Source: Deltaproteobacteria bacterium (GTDB taxonomy: Bacteria; Desulfobacterota; DSM-4660; Desulfatiglandales; HGW-15). From it: a stretch of 64,000 nucleotides of DNA. Location of the stretch: positions 80-64,079 of the forward strand of contig JAFDHO010000003.1 in assembly GCA_019308745.1 (NCBI GenBank). Direction: 5' to 3'. This document shows positions 20,469 to 29,663 of the stretch, one piece after another. A program made the translations under genes and the position numbers. Each line of letters opens with the position of its first letter. Within the stretch, counting starts at the first letter, position 1. Below the pieces are notes generated by a model. That model was not told the origin of the DNA and ran no database searches. It saw only the letters and a list, made by a program, of their open reading frames with translations.

Positions 20469-20942
20469 TTAGCTGTTCTTGGCTTTCAAGAGGTATTCAA
20501 TATCCTGCAGGTCCTTTACGTTTTCCTTCCTTATCTTCTTTGTCTTAATCAGATCATCAATGCAAGGTATGCGAAAAAAAATATCCTGCTCTGGATCTTC
20601 CTTCAAGGTTGCTCTCTCATAGCAGGATCTGAATTCAATCAACTCCCCCTCGATATTTCGTACGGCCTCGTGGAAAAAGAGGTCAATCTTCCTAGGGCCT
20701 GCATAGACATGAATAATGGGTTTGCTGCTTTGCTCGGAGTCGGAAAGGTCACACCCTTTTTTTCCGAAATAGGACAGCACCTTCTCCTTTTGGCTCGAAT
20801 CTACCCAGAAATCGTAGTCTGCTGTCAGCAAAGGGGCCCCGTAGAGGACAACGGCCCTGCGCCCTATGATAAGGTACCTGATCGCCATCCTGTTGAAGTC
20901 CTTGACGATATCGAAGAAATCTAATTCGACTTCCGGCTCCAT
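20469..20942 (-). CDS. Minimal nucleotidyltransferase (Pol-beta superfamily, DUF6036-like)
   Basis: YLIIGRRAVVLYG, TADYDFWV (DxD), IDLF, 'IDDLIKTKK.R....KDLQDIEYL'. Confidence 0.75.
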   Translation of the reverse strand: MEPEVELDFFDIVKDFNRMAIRYLIIGRRAVVLYGAPLLTADYDFWVDSSQKEKVLSYFGKKGCDLSDSEQSSKPIIHVYAGPRKIDLFFHEAVRNIEGELIEFRSCYERATLKEDPEQDIFFRIPCIDDLIKTKKIRKENVKDLQDIEYLLKAKNS

Positions 20943-21109
20943 ATCGTCCCAAACCTTCTTATGTAGTCTTGTAGTGCTGACCATTCCTGTTCAATGTAAC
21001 GAAGCCTTTGGCAAGGGGAGAGTCTCGAGAAGTGAGCAATGTCCCTCTCTAACTCCTCCCGCCTTTCAGCAGGGATCTCTTCAACACTCTTGGGATAACG
21101 GATCTTCAT
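20921..21109 (-). CDS. Small protein overlapping the nucleotidyltransferase start (candidate antitoxin/partner)
   Basis: 62-aa charged helical ORF 'FSRLSPCQRLR', 22-nt overlap with the downstream gene. Upstream promoter-like TTGACA-18 nt-TAGCTT (21224-21195). Start uncertain. Confidence 0.6.
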   Translation of the reverse strand: MKIRYPKSVEEIPAERREELERDIAHFSRLSPCQRLRYIEQEWSALQDYIRRFGTIWSRKSN

Positions 21110-21405
21110 TCCTCCAGATACCCTTTCCAATTGGTCCTGCCCACGCATCATTAAGATGATTCCGATGGTCTCATAACCTACACGAATATACATCAAGCTA
21201 GCATCAGGGTATTGATTTTGTCAATGAGTATCGGAGGCAAACCCCACCACCTGTGCATTGGTATGCATCTCTCCAGCCGCATCTCAAAACAGGGATTCCC
21301 TCATCGGTGCAATGGAACGTAGAGGGCTTGTATTCCCATGTGCATAGGGGCAGGGAAACACCGTGTCCTTGGGCTTATTTCAATTGGGCTGTGGGGTCCT
21401 TGAAG

Positions 21406-21609
21406 CTACAGGGCATCAGGGAGGCGCACTTCCCCGGGAAGAAGGTGGTCCTGATCTGCTATTTGTCGCAGGTCATCGAAGCGATCACCTGCCCTGGCAC
21501 TCACCAGCAGGGGAGGCCTCCACCATCTGGCCGAGGCATGCCCCGACTCTTCTTCCACATACCTTCCGGCAAACTCCCTCAAATCATTGATTGTTAACTC
21601 CAGGGCCAT
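21406..21609 (-). pseudogene. Truncated 5' fragment of an epoxyqueuosine-reductase-like Fe-S protein
   Basis: AAGGAGG, then MALELTINDLREFAGRYVEEE...WWRPPLLVSA..GDRFDDLRQIADQDHLLP. Ends after 67 aa with no Cys motifs. Confidence 0.4.
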
Positions 21610-21698
21610 GGGGCGTCTCTGCCTCCTTCCGTTCGAGCGTGGAATTAGGGAACGATGGCCGAAACAAGCGCGGACCACCAAGGCCCCTAGTTTTAGGG

Positions 21699-22202
21699 TC
21701 ATTCCCTGGCTGCCGTGATGACAAAACCCTGCGGTTGTAATCCGGTCGAAGAGGGTGTCCCGTTCACCTTCGCGAGGTAGGCCGCGCTGAGCTTCTGGAT
21801 GTGCCCGTTCACGTTGTCGAAGTAATTGAGATGGACCTGCTCGTCGTTGATGATGTCCTCGAAGAGCTTGACGCTCGTGCTGTCGCCGTTTTCACTGCAC
21901 ACCAGCAGGAACTGGTTGTATGCCGTGATGGCGCCGTGTTCGCGGTCAACGTCAAAGGGGAAGACGGCTTCCACTTCCTGCCCCTTCACTGTCTTCCCGG
22001 CAGGCTCCGAGGTGGGTTCTCCTCCAAGCTCCTTGATCCGCTCAGCGAACATTTCCGCGTGTCGCATCTCATCAATGGCAATGAGCTTGATGTTCGCGGC
22101 CATCTCTCCGTAGTCCATATCATCGAGGTTGCAGTGCTGGTTCATGTATTGGTGGATGGCCTGGAGCTCCATTGCGCGCGCCTTGCCCAGGACCTCTATC
22201 AC
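21699..22202 (-). CDS. bfr: Bacterioferritin (Desulfovibrio type), N-terminally clipped
   Basis: KVIEVLGKARAMELQAIHQYMNQH, IDEMRHAE.FAERIKELGGEP (heme Met and ferroxidase ligands), DEQVH and GTPSSTG. Confidence 0.9.
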   Translation of the reverse strand: MIEVLGKARAMELQAIHQYMNQHCNLDDMDYGEMAANIKLIAIDEMRHAEMFAERIKELGGEPTSEPAGKTVKGQEVEAVFPFDVDREHGAITAYNQFLLVCSENGDSTSVKLFEDIINDEQVHLNYFDNVNGHIQKLSAAYLAKVNGTPSSTGLQPQGFVITAARE

Positions 22203-22206
22203 CTTT

Positions 22207-22518
22207 TCCTTCCACGCGGAGGCGCCACCGCTCCAGAGAGACCCTGTGGTCGGATAGACCCATGGTTTCGAACTCCTTGAGGGGGGTCAAGTCCAGGTTT
22301 CTGGGATCCAGGTGACCAGGATTCTTGTCAATCAATGCGTCCCTGGAAGTCCGCCTTGGAATGAGGACCTTCTTGGCCCCTGCCACAGCAGAAGAGACGA
22401 GGGAAACCACGGGGGAGGTGAGGATTCCTGCAAAGGCAGCCCATGAGGCCAACCTCGAAAGAAAGGTCCTCCTGCCCATGGGAACTCCTTTTCGGAAAGC
22501 GGTCCTTTTTCTGTCCAT
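22207..22518 (-). pseudogene. 5' fragment of a Tat-exported molybdopterin (sulfite oxidase/MsrP-like) oxidoreductase, joined to bfr
   Basis: GRRTFL twin-arginine signal; 'LTPLKEFETMG.....SLERWRLRVEG' N-terminal motif. Runs out of frame into bfr. Confidence 0.6.
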
Positions 22519-22988
22519 GATCCCATCCTTTCTCGTTAACGGCAGGTCTTCTGGGAGACTTGTCCCCTGAAAGAGGCCTTCCGGGGCACCCAGGTCCTCC
22601 ATGGGGTTTCGCCGCTGGTTCGTCATTTGGACAAACATTTGTTGGGAGACGATTTCAAGATAAGAGATAGTTGAAACAATTTCAATGGAAAAGACTCCAG
22701 AAGGGGAGGAGAGGGCAAAGGTCGTCCAAACCGGGAGCCCTCCCTTGGGAGCAGGAAAAGGGAATGGTCAGTCCGGTCTCAAGGCGTCTGGAGTCCATAA
22801 TTCCTGAGGTTTGAAAGAAAATCGCAGTCCTGTTAAGATCAATTCACGATTCAGGCTGATGGGACATTAGTGGGGTTGGGGTGCTGGAACATCCGATATC
22901 ACCTTGGGGTGAAGGATATGGAGGTCAAGAAAGAGCCCATTGGTCCAGAGACCGGATAGGGACAAAGGGCGAGGGGAAGGTGGAGAAA

Positions 22989-23723
22989 ATGGGGTTTGAC
23001 AGGGCTGGATTAGAAGTCTTTGAAAGGTTCAATTTCGACAGGCCGCCTGTAGGGGTGAAGTTCGTTTCCGAGCTGCCGGATTCAATGGACAGGCTCAATG
23101 ACAAAATGGCCCTTTGTGAGATGCTCAAGAGGGCCCAGGAAGGACATGCCTTTTACGGGGACTCCGACAATCACGCCTGCGGTGCGGGGGCCTATGTGCT
23201 GGGGCTCAAGGATATCCAGGAGCGGTATTTGAATGGGGAGTTCGGGGCCGCATTAGGGATATTCGATTCCCCACGGGCCGCAAGTCGAGTCTATCACTAT
23301 ACCCCCAGGATCGCTCGAGGCGTGGTGAAGTACGTGCTTTTTGCTCCCTTTGAGAAACTCAAATATGAGCCTGATGTGTTCATTTGCCTTGCACGGCCGG
23401 ACCAGACGGAGATCTTGCTCAGGGCCTTGAGCTACCGCACAGGACAGATGTGGACGAGCCGCTATTCCCCTGTCATTGGGTGCGCGTGGATCTTGGTTCA
23501 CCCCTATCTATCCGGGGAGCTGAATTACAGTGTGACAGGACTCGGCCACGGCATGAAGCGCAGAAAACTCTTCCCCCAGGGATACCAGTTGGTGGCCATT
23601 CCCTTTGACCGGTTGCCATCGATGATCCTCTCCCTGAAGGAGATGCCCTGGACTCCGCCCGCCTATCAGCCGGACGGCTTTGATTTTGTGAAGAGAGTCA
23701 TTGACGAATTGGGGCTCGAATAA
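22989..23723 (+). CDS. DUF169 family protein
   Basis: PVGVKF, ALCEM, ACGAG..VLG, PDV, 'GCAW..VHPY.SGE.N' motifs. Confidence 0.75.
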   Translation: MGFDRAGLEVFERFNFDRPPVGVKFVSELPDSMDRLNDKMALCEMLKRAQEGHAFYGDSDNHACGAGAYVLGLKDIQERYLNGEFGAALGIFDSPRAASRVYHYTPRIARGVVKYVLFAPFEKLKYEPDVFICLARPDQTEILLRALSYRTGQMWTSRYSPVIGCAWILVHPYLSGELNYSVTGLGHGMKRRKLFPQGYQLVAIPFDRLPSMILSLKEMPWTPPAYQPDGFDFVKRVIDELGLE

Positions 23724-23994
23724 CACTTTAGCTCTAGGAAAGATGATAGAACTATAGGGGCTCGGGGGGATCTCTTGGAAGAGGTGAACTTGCTTCAGTG
23801 GTACTCCATTCGCATAGCTCAAGGGCCTGGCGGTCGGATAGCCATATCCATTATCTACGGGAAGGAAATCTTGGCATGACGATGAGGTAACCGACCGCCT
23901 GACCGGCACACAATGAGGCATTCCTCCTGATGTCTTTCACCTCTGGAAAGAGATTGCTGAGGCCCCAATTCCTTGAAAAGGGCTAAAATATTGC
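23720..23994. mobile_element. Degenerate second MITE type (~275 bp) sharing termini with the 8.35 kb element
   Basis: Left ATAACACTTTAGC, right GGCTAAAATATTGC; flanks GGGCTCGA (23712-19) and GGGTTCGA (23995-24002); internal complementary arms AGAGGTGAA/TTCACCTCT and ATCTCTT/AAGAGAT. Confidence 0.65.
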
Positions 23995-24017
23995 GGGTTC
24001 GAATAGGCTGAGCAGGC

Positions 24018-25712
24018 CTACATGCGGCCTCGCCTCAGAATGGTCACCAGTAACCAGAAACCCATGATGCCGGCAATGAGAAACCCTGCGAGGCCGATGA
24101 GAGGTATCTCGTGCCATTTCGGGGGGATGCCGGAAAGTACGATGAGGGACGAGCCAATGATAAGGGCTGCCAGGACTATGGCAAAGGCGAGCCTGTTGCT
24201 GATTCGGTCATGCGTGGACAGCATGGGCTCGAGGCCCCGGTGCTCGAATTCCAGCTTGACCCTTCCGAGCCTGGCCTGCCTCAAGATGTCACGGACCTCT
24301 CCCGGGATCTCCATCAGGAGGTGAAGAAAATCTATCCCCGAATCCACCAGATCCGTTCCAATCCTCCTCGGGTGCAACCTTTGCATCTGCACACTTTTGA
24401 TAACGGGTGCGGCCTGACTGGTCGCATCGAAATTGGGATCGAGCTTGCGACCGAGCCCCTCTGCGTTACCAAGGGCCTTTATCATGAGGAAGAGGTCCGG
24501 AGGAATGATGAGTTTGTATCGAGACGCGATCTCCATGAGTTGATGGAGTATCTTCATGAGGTCCAGGTCCTTGAGGGGCCTGTAGAAATGACGGTCTATG
24601 AAGTCCGCCACGTCTCGCTCCAGGCGATCCCGGTCCGGCTCGTCCGTTCTTGTCGTCAGCCTCAGAAAGGCATCCGTGGCCTTGACCTCGTCCCTCCTGA
24701 CGATACTCATGACCAGGTCGGCGAAGTTTTCCCTGCTCTTTCTGCTGATCCGGCCCATCATCCCGAAATCCAGGTAGCATATGACGTTGTTGGGGAGGAC
24801 AAAGATGTTTCCGGGATGGGGATCGGCATGGAAGAAACCATGCACAAAGATCTGCTTGAGGATAAGGTCAAAGCCCCTGCGAGCGATCTCGCGGGTATCG
24901 AGACCTTCCTGCTGCAGTTTCTCAATGTCAGAGGCCTTGACTCCCCTGACATATTCCATTGTTAATACGCACCTCGTTGTGGTTTCACGATAGATTTTGG
25001 GGACATAAATCGTCCGGTCGCCCATGAATTGCATGGCGAACCTCTCCACGTGGGCCGCCTCAAAGGTATAATCCAGTTCCTTCTCAATGGTGCGAGCAAA
25101 TTCCTCCACCAGCCGGGTGGGCCGGTGGACTTCTGCAGCCTTCAAATGGCGCTCCGTCAGGGTAGCGATATGAAGCATTATTTCGAGGTCCACCTCAATG
25201 GTCTTCCGGACATGTGGCCGCTGCACCTTGACAATGACCTCGTCACCATCCATGAGCGTGGCACGATGGACCTGGCCGATGGATGCCGAAGCTAGGGGGG
25301 TCTCGCTAAAGCCCATGAAAGTGTCCCTCAGGGGCGCACCGAGCTCGGTTTCGATGATCTTTTCCACCTCGGGAAACTCTACGGGCGGAACGTGGTCCTG
25401 GAGTTTTTCCAGTTCCTTGATGAACTCCACGGGCAGGAGGTCAGGACGTGTCGAAAGGAACTGGCCCATCTTGACAAAGGTTGGCCCCAACTCCTCCAGG
25501 GCCATCCTGACCCTCTCGGCGCGAGTGAGGGATTCTATCTTTTCCCTGCGCTTTCGAGAGATCATCTGGAGGCCTACTTCGATGTATTGCTCAATCTTGA
25601 GCGTATCCACGAGATCCCCGAAGCCGTACCGAAACAGGACGGCCAGGATCTGTCGGTATCGTTGTACGTGACGGTAGGTCCTTCCGATTATCCCGATCTT
25701 TCGAATGTGCAT
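24018..25712 (-). CDS. UbiB/AarF/ABC1 atypical kinase
   Basis: LGPTFVKMGQ.LSTRPD, ASASIGQVH, VKVQRP, FFHADPHPGN and LDFGMMG motifs; C-terminal TM pair. Confidence 0.92.
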   Translation of the reverse strand: MHIRKIGIIGRTYRHVQRYRQILAVLFRYGFGDLVDTLKIEQYIEVGLQMISRKRREKIESLTRAERVRMALEELGPTFVKMGQFLSTRPDLLPVEFIKELEKLQDHVPPVEFPEVEKIIETELGAPLRDTFMGFSETPLASASIGQVHRATLMDGDEVIVKVQRPHVRKTIEVDLEIMLHIATLTERHLKAAEVHRPTRLVEEFARTIEKELDYTFEAAHVERFAMQFMGDRTIYVPKIYRETTTRCVLTMEYVRGVKASDIEKLQQEGLDTREIARRGFDLILKQIFVHGFFHADPHPGNIFVLPNNVICYLDFGMMGRISRKSRENFADLVMSIVRRDEVKATDAFLRLTTRTDEPDRDRLERDVADFIDRHFYRPLKDLDLMKILHQLMEIASRYKLIIPPDLFLMIKALGNAEGLGRKLDPNFDATSQAAPVIKSVQMQRLHPRRIGTDLVDSGIDFLHLLMEIPGEVRDILRQARLGRVKLEFEHRGLEPMLSTHDRISNRLAFAIVLAALIIGSSLIVLSGIPPKWHEIPLIGLAGFLIAGIMGFWLLVTILRRGRM

Positions 25713-25875
25713 CCCTTTTCCCTTGCCTTCCGCTTCGCTGCGGGCCAGAACAAAGTGGGTGCCCCTTCATGACCCACGCTCAGCACTTGGACCACAATCC
25801 TCCGAGCGACCCTCCCTCCTTACCCTTTTTGAGTCTGCAGGAAGTGACGACATCAGGCGGCGGCCGGAGGAATGT

Positions 25876-26196
25876 CTATTCGTCAGCGGTTCTCTTCTTG
25901 TCCCTTGAAACCCTTTGCTCCAGGCCCTTTATCTTCTTCTCTATCTTATCCACATCTTCTTTCGTGGCGACGTCGATCTTCTCCAAGACCCTGTGGATAA
26001 TCTCTTCGACCCTGGACTCAAAGTCCTTTCTGGCCTCCTCCGACTTTCTCAAGAGTTCATCGATCAACTCCTTGCCTTCTCTTTCCGACATCTTGCCCTT
26101 GTCTATCATTTCTTTGGCAAGGTCCTCGACCTTGTCCTTGGTCATAACGGCAAGGCCTATTCCGGTGAGCATTGTCTTTTTCACGAGATCAAACAT
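25876..26196 (-). CDS. Phasin-like (PhaF/PhaI-related) coiled-coil protein
   Basis: KKTMLTGIGLAVMTKDKVE, KGKMSE.EGKE and ATKED..KIE..I..LE motifs; usual UbiB neighbour. Confidence 0.75.
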   Translation of the reverse strand: MFDLVKKTMLTGIGLAVMTKDKVEDLAKEMIDKGKMSEREGKELIDELLRKSEEARKDFESRVEEIIHRVLEKIDVATKEDVDKIEKKIKGLEQRVSRDKKRTADE

Positions 26197-26356
26197 GTGA
26201 AACCCTCCTTTTGATACTCGCCAAGAAAGTATTTGTTATAGCGAAACAATATTCATTGGAGAGCAGATTTTCAAGTCTTTCATGGAGTTCCCTTAGGGAC
26301 GGCCCGCAGCTTATCGCAGTGAAGCGGAGATCCCGCTTGCGGGGCTGCGGCGAGCG

Positions 26357-29300
26357 CTATTGATCAGATTTCGGGTCCGCAGGCCTAGGAGCTAAGTAGA
26401 CTCCTCCTTTGATAGATGAAATGAGTCCATGGATATCATCCAAGATGACATAACCGCACGGGATCAGGATGAGTGTAATTGCAGTCGCAAAGAGGACCCC
26501 AAAGCCCAGGCTTATTGCCATGGGGATAAGGAAATTGGCCTGGAGGCTCTTTTCCAGGAGCATGGGGGTAAGCCCCCCAAAGGTCGTCAGGGATGTCAAT
26601 ATGATTGCACGAAAACGCAAGGCCGTCCCCTTTAGGATGGCCTCGAAGGTGGTAGCTCCATTGTCTCGTATCCTGTTGGTTGCGTGGACAAGCACCAGCG
26701 AATCGTTCACGACCACGCCGGAAAGCCCCACCATCCCGAAAAGACTCACGACAGTCAGGTTATAGCCTGTTACCATATGTCCCAGGAGGGCCCCCAGAAG
26801 CCCGAAAGGTATGGCGAACATCACGATAAGGGGCTGAGTGAAGGACCTAAAGGGGATGGCAAGAAGGGCGTAGATGCAGAAAAGGGCAATAGCAAAACCC
26901 CTTATTACGTCAGCGAGGGACTCTTTTTGTTCTCTGCCTTCCCCTTCCATGGTATATCTCAAATCAGGAAACCTTGCCTGGAGTTCGGGAAGCACCCTCT
27001 TTTCAAGGTCTGCACGGATTTCATTGGCGTTTGCCGTCTCTTCGTCCACGTCAGCCGTGACCTTGATCACCCTAAGACGCTGAGTGCGTTCGATAGATGC
27101 ATAACCCCTGTCCATCTTGACCTCTGCGACCTGGCTGAAGGGAACCCCTGAGCCGCCGGGGGCGCGTATCCGCATTTCTTCAACATGGCCCAGTGATTTT
27201 CGCTCTGATTCGGGGTATCTGACCAGGACTTTGACCTCATCCTCACCCCTCTGGAAACGCAGGGCCTCTGCACCGTAAAAGGCATGTCTTACTTGCCGCG
27301 CGAGATCTTCTAGTGTAAGGCCCAGGGGCCTGGCGACGGGCCTCAGTTTGAGTTGCATCTCGGGCTTCCCGGCGAGGAAGCTGTCGCCTATGTCGAATAC
27401 GCCCGGGTATTGCCCCAGTTCGTTTTTCAGTCCTTCTGCTGCCGCGAGGAGCAGGTCGTTGTTATCGTGGGATAGATGGACCTCAACGGGGTTCCCGGCC
27501 CGAAAGAGATATGCGGCAAAGGAGACTGACTCGGCATCAGGGATGGGACCGGCCTCCTTTCTCCACAAATTGCCTATCTCGAAGGTGCTCATCTGCCTTA
27601 GTTCACTGTCTATTAGACGGACGATAACTTGGGCCAGGTGGCCGCCCACGCTTGCCCCGCCGGATCCCGGGCCCCGGCCCCCAGCGGACCCGACGATCGA
27701 CTGGATACTTTCAAGGAGGGGCGGTGCCCCGGCTGGCCGCTCTCTGTCAAGTTTACCCAGGGCCTTTTGGGCGGCCTCCTCGAGATGGGTAACGACATCC
27801 ACCGTCCGGCTAACAGGGACTCCGGCAGGCATCGTGACCGTGCAGATCATGGTATCTCCCTCCACCCTGGGGAAGAATGTGAACCTCACCAGACCCCCTT
27901 GCCATATCCCCACTGCCAGGAGAAGTAGGGAAATGCTCAGGGCCACGGTAGCATAGCGCCATCTTATACATAACCGCAGAAACCTGAAATACGGCCCCCG
28001 AATGAAGGCCTTCAGGCCCCGATCAATAGGGTTTTCCCCCTTGCCTTTTCGACGACTCATCTTGGCCGCGGCTTTGCTCCCGGCCAGATGGGAGGGCAGT
28101 ATCATCAGGGATTCAACCAGGGACCCCATCAGGACCAATATGACGACAAAGGGGATATTGCTCATGACCTTTCCCATTCCACCCGAGCCAAGGAGGAGAG
28201 GGTAGAATGCAGCAACCGTGGTGAGCACGGCAAAAATGACGGGACGTCCCACTTCCAGGGTCCCTTCCACAGCAGCCTTCAGGGGAGGATATCCGGCCTC
28301 CTGTTTTCTGAACACGTTTTCGCCCACGATGATGGCATCATCCACCACAATGCCCAGGACCATGATATAGGCAAAGAGGGACATCATGTTGAGGGTGACA
28401 TCGAATTGCGGCAGCAGCCACAAACTTATGGCGAAGGAAACCGGAATGCCCAAGGTCACCCAAAAGGCCAGCCTGATGTTCATGAACAGTCCGAGAATGA
28501 TGATGACGAGGACAAGCCCGATGCCCATGTTCTTGAGGAGGAGGTTAATCCTGCTCTTGAGTACCTGGGACATGTCCCGGGTGATTGCTATTTCAACACC
28601 GGCGGGCATGGTATCTTTGATCTTTTCGACATATTTCTTGACGGTGTTTGCCACGTCGAGGGCCCTCTGATCGGCCACCCTGTAAACCTGGACCAAGGCG
28701 GCCGGTTTCCCGTTGAAGCGGGCGAATCTATCCACGTCTTCGAAGCCGTCTTGGAGTTCTGCTATCCGGCCCAGGGTGACAACACTGCCATCGCCCCTCG
28801 TAATCACCGGGATGTCCCTATAATCGCGGGCATGGTAACGCCGGCCCTTGGTCCGGATGAGGATTTCGCTTCCTGCGGTCTTGATGCTTCCTGCGGGCAA
28901 GTCCAGGCTTGCACGGCGAACCGCTTCGGCCACCTGGCCCAGGGTGACCCCGTACTGCCTGAGGGTCTTCTCGGATACCTCAATGTGGATTTCACCTGTC
29001 CTTACGCCCGAGACCTGGGCAAGTGTAATGCCGGGGAGATTGGTAATATCGTCTTTCACCTTTTCGGCAAGGTGTTTGATGGTCTTCTCCGGGGCATCTC
29101 CATAGACAGCAAGCATAATGACAAAGACCTGCCTGATCATTTCCCTGACGACCGGCTTCTCGGCTTCCTCGGGAAATGTGGTAATGCGGTCCACTTCGGC
29201 CTTCACGCCGTCCAGGAGGTTTTCCAGGTCCCATCCCTTCATGACTTCCAGGATCACGGTTCCCGAGCCTTCCCTTGCAGTAGACTCAATCTTTTTGAGC

Positions 29301-29530
29301 CCGGCAAGGCCCGCGACCCTCTCTTCAATGCGGCGAATGACGGCCTCCTCCACCTCTGCCGGGGAGGCGCCCGGGTAGGACGTAGTGATAGAAATCTGAT
29401 CCAGGGTTGACTCGGGAAAGACCTCCATCTTCATGGTCAAGGCGGTGATGGCACCTGCCAGGAGCATGAACAACATGAGGAGGTTGGCGGCGACATGATT
29501 CTCGGCGAACCAGGCTACGAAGTTTTTCAT
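26357..29530 (-). CDS. RND efflux transporter permease (AcrB/AcrD/AcrF family)
   Basis: 1057 aa; YPGASP.EVE, GIVVDDAIIVGEN, GVVVNDS and RFRAIILTSLTT motifs. Confidence 0.95.
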   Translation of the reverse strand: MKNFVAWFAENHVAANLLMLFMLLAGAITALTMKMEVFPESTLDQISITTSYPGASPAEVEEAVIRRIEERVAGLAGLKKIESTAREGSGTVILEVMKGWDLENLLDGVKAEVDRITTFPEEAEKPVVREMIRQVFVIMLAVYGDAPEKTIKHLAEKVKDDITNLPGITLAQVSGVRTGEIHIEVSEKTLRQYGVTLGQVAEAVRRASLDLPAGSIKTAGSEILIRTKGRRYHARDYRDIPVITRGDGSVVTLGRIAELQDGFEDVDRFARFNGKPAALVQVYRVADQRALDVANTVKKYVEKIKDTMPAGVEIAITRDMSQVLKSRINLLLKNMGIGLVLVIIILGLFMNIRLAFWVTLGIPVSFAISLWLLPQFDVTLNMMSLFAYIMVLGIVVDDAIIVGENVFRKQEAGYPPLKAAVEGTLEVGRPVIFAVLTTVAAFYPLLLGSGGMGKVMSNIPFVVILVLMGSLVESLMILPSHLAGSKAAAKMSRRKGKGENPIDRGLKAFIRGPYFRFLRLCIRWRYATVALSISLLLLAVGIWQGGLVRFTFFPRVEGDTMICTVTMPAGVPVSRTVDVVTHLEEAAQKALGKLDRERPAGAPPLLESIQSIVGSAGGRGPGSGGASVGGHLAQVIVRLIDSELRQMSTFEIGNLWRKEAGPIPDAESVSFAAYLFRAGNPVEVHLSHDNNDLLLAAAEGLKNELGQYPGVFDIGDSFLAGKPEMQLKLRPVARPLGLTLEDLARQVRHAFYGAEALRFQRGEDEVKVLVRYPESERKSLGHVEEMRIRAPGGSGVPFSQVAEVKMDRGYASIERTQRLRVIKVTADVDEETANANEIRADLEKRVLPELQARFPDLRYTMEGEGREQKESLADVIRGFAIALFCIYALLAIPFRSFTQPLIVMFAIPFGLLGALLGHMVTGYNLTVVSLFGMVGLSGVVVNDSLVLVHATNRIRDNGATTFEAILKGTALRFRAIILTSLTTFGGLTPMLLEKSLQANFLIPMAISLGFGVLFATAITLILIPCGYVILDDIHGLISSIKGGVYLAPRPADPKSDQ

Positions 29531-29595
29531 CGGGACCTATCCTCGAGGTTTCACTCTTCTTCGCCAGGATGCCCCGTGCGGAAACAAGGGGGGCT

Positions 29596-29663
29596 TCACT
29601 GGTTCAACAAGTCTGATTGGTTTGATTCGTTTCATTTGTTTGATTGGTCCTATTGGTTGATTC
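29596..29663. repeat. Degenerate 9-bp tandem repeat (consensus TGATTGGTT)
   Basis: TGATTGGTT TGATTCGTT TCATTTGTT TGATTGGTC CTATTGGTT at 29614-29658, plus TCACTGGTT at 29596. Confidence 0.75.

Noticed and set aside
19989-24000. Possible integrative element at tRNA-Leu
   Set aside because: I found no integrase and no duplicated tRNA 3' end (att site) in the window.
28088-29410. 440-aa antisense ORF, and similar long shadow ORFs opposite dnaK, ubiB and ribF
   Set aside because: They lie opposite well-conserved genes, have no motifs, and are expected from GC-rich codon bias.
29596-29663. CRISPR array
   Set aside because: The units are 9 bp with no spacers and there are no cas genes; no CRISPR array was seen anywhere in the window.
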